From: an uncultured Anaerococcus sp.
GTDB taxonomy: Bacteria > Bacillota > Clostridia > Tissierellales > Peptoniphilaceae
Reading direction: 5' to 3'
Assembly (NCBI GenBank): GCA_900551095.1
Contig: URUJ01000006.1
Location: forward strand, 4,925 to 68,924
DNA length: 64,000 nt
Under the pieces are notes generated by a model, which saw only the letters and a program-made list of their open reading frames with translations, was not told the origin of the DNA and did no database searches. Below, in pieces: positions 60,881-64,000 of the stretch; position 1 is the first letter of the stretch; each line of letters begins with the position of its first letter. Made by a program: the position numbers and the translations under genes.

Positions 60881-61438
60881 TTATGCCCAATGTAAATTAT
60901 ATTTTTCTTTTAGCTTTCTATATTTAGGAGATTCGTATATTTTTATTGCCAAAAGTCCTATAATTATCCCAAAAACAGCTCCAGCTAGAACATCTGTAGG
61001 AAAATGCACGTAAAGGTAGAGCCTTGATAGAGCTATCAATACTGCTAAGACGTCAGTAAAAACAACAAGAGGTTTATTTTTATTTAACATAGTTACTATT
61101 GTTGCAAAGGAAAAGGCGTAGGATGTGTGACCTGATGGGAAGGAATTATCTGATAGTTTATGAACCAAAAGGTCAGTAAAGCTTGCCACTTCATATGGTC
61201 TTGGCCTGGCTACAAGATTTTTCACTAAGATATTTACTAACAAAACATTTAAAATAAAGGCTAGTACCATTATTTTTCCTTGTTTTTTTAATTCTTTAGT
61301 CGATAGGAATATAAAGATAAAGGCTATCCAAATTAGCGATAAATTGCCCGCAGATGAGATTGTAACCATGAACTTATCTAGCGGTGTATTTCTTATATTT
61401 TGAATTGCATTTAGTATATCAATTTCGATTTTTCCCAT
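60881..61438 (-). CDS. PAP2 family phosphatase
   Basis: KNLVARPRP, SFPSGH, SRLYLYVHFPTDV. Confidence 0.93.
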   Translation of the reverse strand: MGKIEIDILNAIQNIRNTPLDKFMVTISSAGNLSLIWIAFIFIFLSTKELKKQGKIMVLAFILNVLLVNILVKNLVARPRPYEVASFTDLLVHKLSDNSFPSGHTSYAFSFATIVTMLNKNKPLVVFTDVLAVLIALSRLYLYVHFPTDVLAGAVFGIIIGLLAIKIYESPKYRKLKEKYNLHWA

Positions 61439-62793
61439 TAATTAACTCCTGTGTTTGCAATTTCTAATGTCATATCATGAGCCTGTTTTATCCTTGCTCT
61501 TTGATTTTCATTTACTAAGTCATAATACTTGCCGCCTTCTAGAAAGTCCTCTGTGAGGTGGTTTTTGATGCTTATACCGTAATCATTGTAGTAGGCGCCT
61601 ACCCATATTGGATGGAAGGTAACATCAGAAATCTTTTTGTTTCCACTGGTGAGGTCTTTTTCAAGGTCAATCTCAAGTGCTAGAGAGTGTTCTACTCTTA
61701 TGTCGTTATTATTTTCATAATTTTGGTAGGAGATGAAATTACCTAGCGCGTAGGCTATGAGTCCTTCTCTGCCGTCACTAGCTTCGTATAGCTCAACTGG
61801 TTCTACAACGTGAGGGTGGTTTCCTATTACTAAGTCTGCTCCCCATTCTATCATATTTCTTCCTAGTCTTATTTGTTCTTCATTTGGCATAGATTGGTAT
61901 TCGATGCCCCAATGAGGATATACTACAATAAAGTCAGCTCCAGAAGCCTTGGCTCTTTTGATATCTTTTTTTATTTGTTCTTCATCTGATAAGTAGGCGA
62001 GATTTTCTACTTCTTCTCTTGGAATAACTAAATTTTCCCTACCATTGCAGCCATAAGTATATGCTAAAAAAGCAAATTTTATCCCCTTTGCTTCTTTGTA
62101 TAATATTCTTTCTGTTTTATCTTTAAAAGATCCTACATAGTCAAGCCCTGCTTCTTTCGCAGCATCCATTGTTGACAAAACTCCCTCTAGCTCTGTATCC
62201 ATGGAGTGGTTGTTTGCAGTCGATACTATATCAAATCCTGTTTCTTTTAGATCTCTAAGATAAGCCTCTGGTGCATTAAATCTAGGAAATCCTGCATAGG
62301 GAAGGTTTGGATTTGTGGTTGTTTCGTAATTTCCAATAGCTATATCGGAGTCTTCTATAAATTCCTTTAGATAGGTGAATTGATCTGTAAAATCATAGTC
62401 TCCTCCGCCTTTATTTTGGGCATATTGGATTTGTACCATATGGGCCATTATATCTCCAAAGGCTTTAATTTTTACTTTTTTTATTTGTGGTTTTTTCTTC
62501 TCTTCTTTTGCTATTTCCTCTTTAGCTCTTTCTTCTAGAGCCTTTTGGTCTATTTTAGCCTCAGCATCTTCTTTTAGTTCATTTTTCTTTGCTTCTTTAA
62601 GAATTTTTTCCTTTTCTCTTTCTTCAGCTAGTCTCTTTTCTTCTTCTTTATTTTTTTGATAAGTTTCGAGTCTAGAAATTAAACCTGCAACATCAGTTAT
62701 TGATGGTTCTTCGCTTTTATTATTATTTGAACAAGCCGAAATAGTAAAAACCATTACAAGGCTTAGTATAATTGATAAATATTTCCTTTTCAT
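61438..62793 (-). CDS. CapA family lipoprotein (metallophosphoesterase fold)
   Basis: Lipobox ISAC, coiled coil, GDIMAH, ANNHSMD, HWGIEY, GNHPHVV, ALGNF. Confidence 0.9.
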   Translation of the reverse strand: MKRKYLSIILSLVMVFTISACSNNNKSEEPSITDVAGLISRLETYQKNKEEEKRLAEEREKEKILKEAKKNELKEDAEAKIDQKALEERAKEEIAKEEKKKPQIKKVKIKAFGDIMAHMVQIQYAQNKGGGDYDFTDQFTYLKEFIEDSDIAIGNYETTTNPNLPYAGFPRFNAPEAYLRDLKETGFDIVSTANNHSMDTELEGVLSTMDAAKEAGLDYVGSFKDKTERILYKEAKGIKFAFLAYTYGCNGRENLVIPREEVENLAYLSDEEQIKKDIKRAKASGADFIVVYPHWGIEYQSMPNEEQIRLGRNMIEWGADLVIGNHPHVVEPVELYEASDGREGLIAYALGNFISYQNYENNNDIRVEHSLALEIDLEKDLTSGNKKISDVTFHPIWVGAYYNDYGISIKNHLTEDFLEGGKYYDLVNENQRARIKQAHDMTLEIANTGVN

Positions 62794-62907
62794 AAACGCT
62801 CCTCATTTATATATTCTATGCTATTTATACTATTATTCATCTTTTCTTAATAAAAGAATGAAAGATTTTATAAAAATCATATAATTATATATGTTGAAGG
62901 AGACAAT

Positions 62908-63327
62908 ATGAGTTTTAATGATCAATTTGACATAGAAATAAAAGAAATAGACGAAGATAATTTAATTTTACGATGCAAGGCAGAAAAAGATTTTTATAAT
63001 GAAATAAATGCTATCCATGGCGGAGTGATAATGACCCTAGCTGATGACGCTTCAGGTTTTATTGCATCTGCAAAAAAATATACCGCCCCAACCCTATCAA
63101 TGACTACACATTTTTTAAGACCTCTTATGGATACAAAATACATTTACGCCAAAGCCAAAGTTATTAAAAGAGGTTCAAGGATAATTACTGTAGACTGCGA
63201 AGTTTATGGCGATAATGAGAAAATTGCAGCTATTACAAGAACTGAATTTGCTATAATAAATTCAAATTTAGAAAAAAGTACAAGCGGCGATATGGCATAT
63301 TCAAAAGGTAAGTATAAGAAGTTTTAA
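62908..63327 (+). CDS. PaaI family thioesterase
   Basis: NEINAIHGGVIMTLADD, FLRP hot-dog fold motifs. Confidence 0.9.
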   Translation: MSFNDQFDIEIKEIDEDNLILRCKAEKDFYNEINAIHGGVIMTLADDASGFIASAKKYTAPTLSMTTHFLRPLMDTKYIYAKAKVIKRGSRIITVDCEVYGDNEKIAAITRTEFAIINSNLEKSTSGDMAYSKGKYKKF

Positions 63328-63360
63328 TACTTTAAAAAATAAAGGATAAATAGGATTAAT

Positions 63361-64000
63361 ATGAGAAAGATTTTATTTATTATAAATTCAAAGGCTGGTA
63401 AAACAGAATTTGATATAAGAAAAGAAGATATAGAGGAAACTTTTAGACGAGCGGGCAGACTGTCAGAAATAGAAGTAGTTTATACAAAATATAAAAATCA
63501 CACAAAGTTTTTGATAGATGCCTTTGATAGTCTCGATTATGATGAAAAAATCGTAATAATTTGTGGTGGCGATGGTTCTTTAAATGAACTTGTAAATGTG
63601 GCCTACGGCAAAAACATGACATTAGGTTTAATACCAACAGGCACAGGTAATGACTTTGCCAAAAACTTTGATTATAGTAATTTCAATTTAAAATCTCTTT
63701 TAAATTTTAAAACAAAAAAAATTGACTTAATTAAAGTCAACGATTTTTATTCTATAAATGTAACAAGCCTAGGTTTTGACACCCAGGTTTTAAAAAGGGC
63801 CTACGATTACCTTGATAAAAACCCAAAACTTGGAAAAAAAGCCTACGCTTTGTCGGTACTTAATAGCCTTAATAAAATAAATTGTGAGAATTTGGAGCTA
63901 AAACTAAAGCTAATAGATGGATCAAATTTTGAAATAAAGGGCGATTACCTTATTTCAGCCTTGTGTAATGGTGGATTTTATGGATCTGGCTTTAATCCTG
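63361..64000 (+). CDS. diacylglycerol/lipid kinase family protein (3' end outside window)
   Basis: MRKILFIINSKAGK...ICGGDGSLNE...IPTGTGNDFA...GFD...CNGGFYGSGF. Confidence 0.9.
   Translation, partial: MRKILFIINSKAGKTEFDIRKEDIEETFRRAGRLSEIEVVYTKYKNHTKFLIDAFDSLDYDEKIVIICGGDGSLNELVNVAYGKNMTLGLIPTGTGNDFAKNFDYSNFNLKSLLNFKTKKIDLIKVNDFYSINVTSLGFDTQVLKRAYDYLDKNPKLGKKAYALSVLNSLNKINCENLELKLKLIDGSNFEIKGDYLISALCNGGFYGSGFNP

Noticed and set aside
60642..61013. 123-aa ORF on + strand
   Set aside because: Overlaps tRNA-Leu antisense and the PAP2 gene; a shadow ORF.
62480..62660. Low-complexity repeats in the CapA gene
   Set aside because: They encode an ordinary Glu/Lys-rich coiled-coil linker, not a DNA repeat element.
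63443..63637. 64-aa minus-strand ORF
   Set aside because: Antisense to the diacylglycerol-kinase-family gene starting at 63361.

Overview
AT-rich, low-GC Firmicute chromosome segment. Gene content suggests an anaerobic Tissierellia/Peptoniphilaceae-type organism such as Anaerococcus, which is an inference only. Bases 1-52,000 are mostly minus-strand housekeeping genes. They include pfkA-dnaE, whiA/rapZ/murB, def-fmt-rsmB-rlmN-stp-stk-rsgA-rpe, smc-rnc-acpP-plsX-rpmF-ackA and a ComG/type IV pilin cluster. Further along are frr-pyrH, a TPP riboswitch with thiW-thiD, two tRNAs, mreBCD-PBP2, the rnf operon and coaE-polA. An ~8.1 kb phage-satellite-like element (about 52,702-60,779) is integrated at the 3' end of tRNA-Leu(CAA). 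It encodes an integrase, repressor/Cro, Xis, Rep with iterons, a DnaC-like loader, a RinA/ArpU-like activator, a TerS-like HTH protein and a sigma factor, with no capsid genes. Its two long non-coding stretches are the most unusual part of the window. The first is a concatenation of ~10 different 10-bp-period tandem repeats. Read as codons, they resemble the variable helix segment of many different phage small-terminase genes, which makes them a candidate multi-phage pac-site library. The second is a concatenation of ~15 different palindromes that resemble the variable segment of BRO-N/antirepressor genes, a candidate operator library. Left of the element lie an unannotated Fst-like type I toxin-antitoxin module and relics of a second element. 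smc appears to start at a non-canonical ATT codon.
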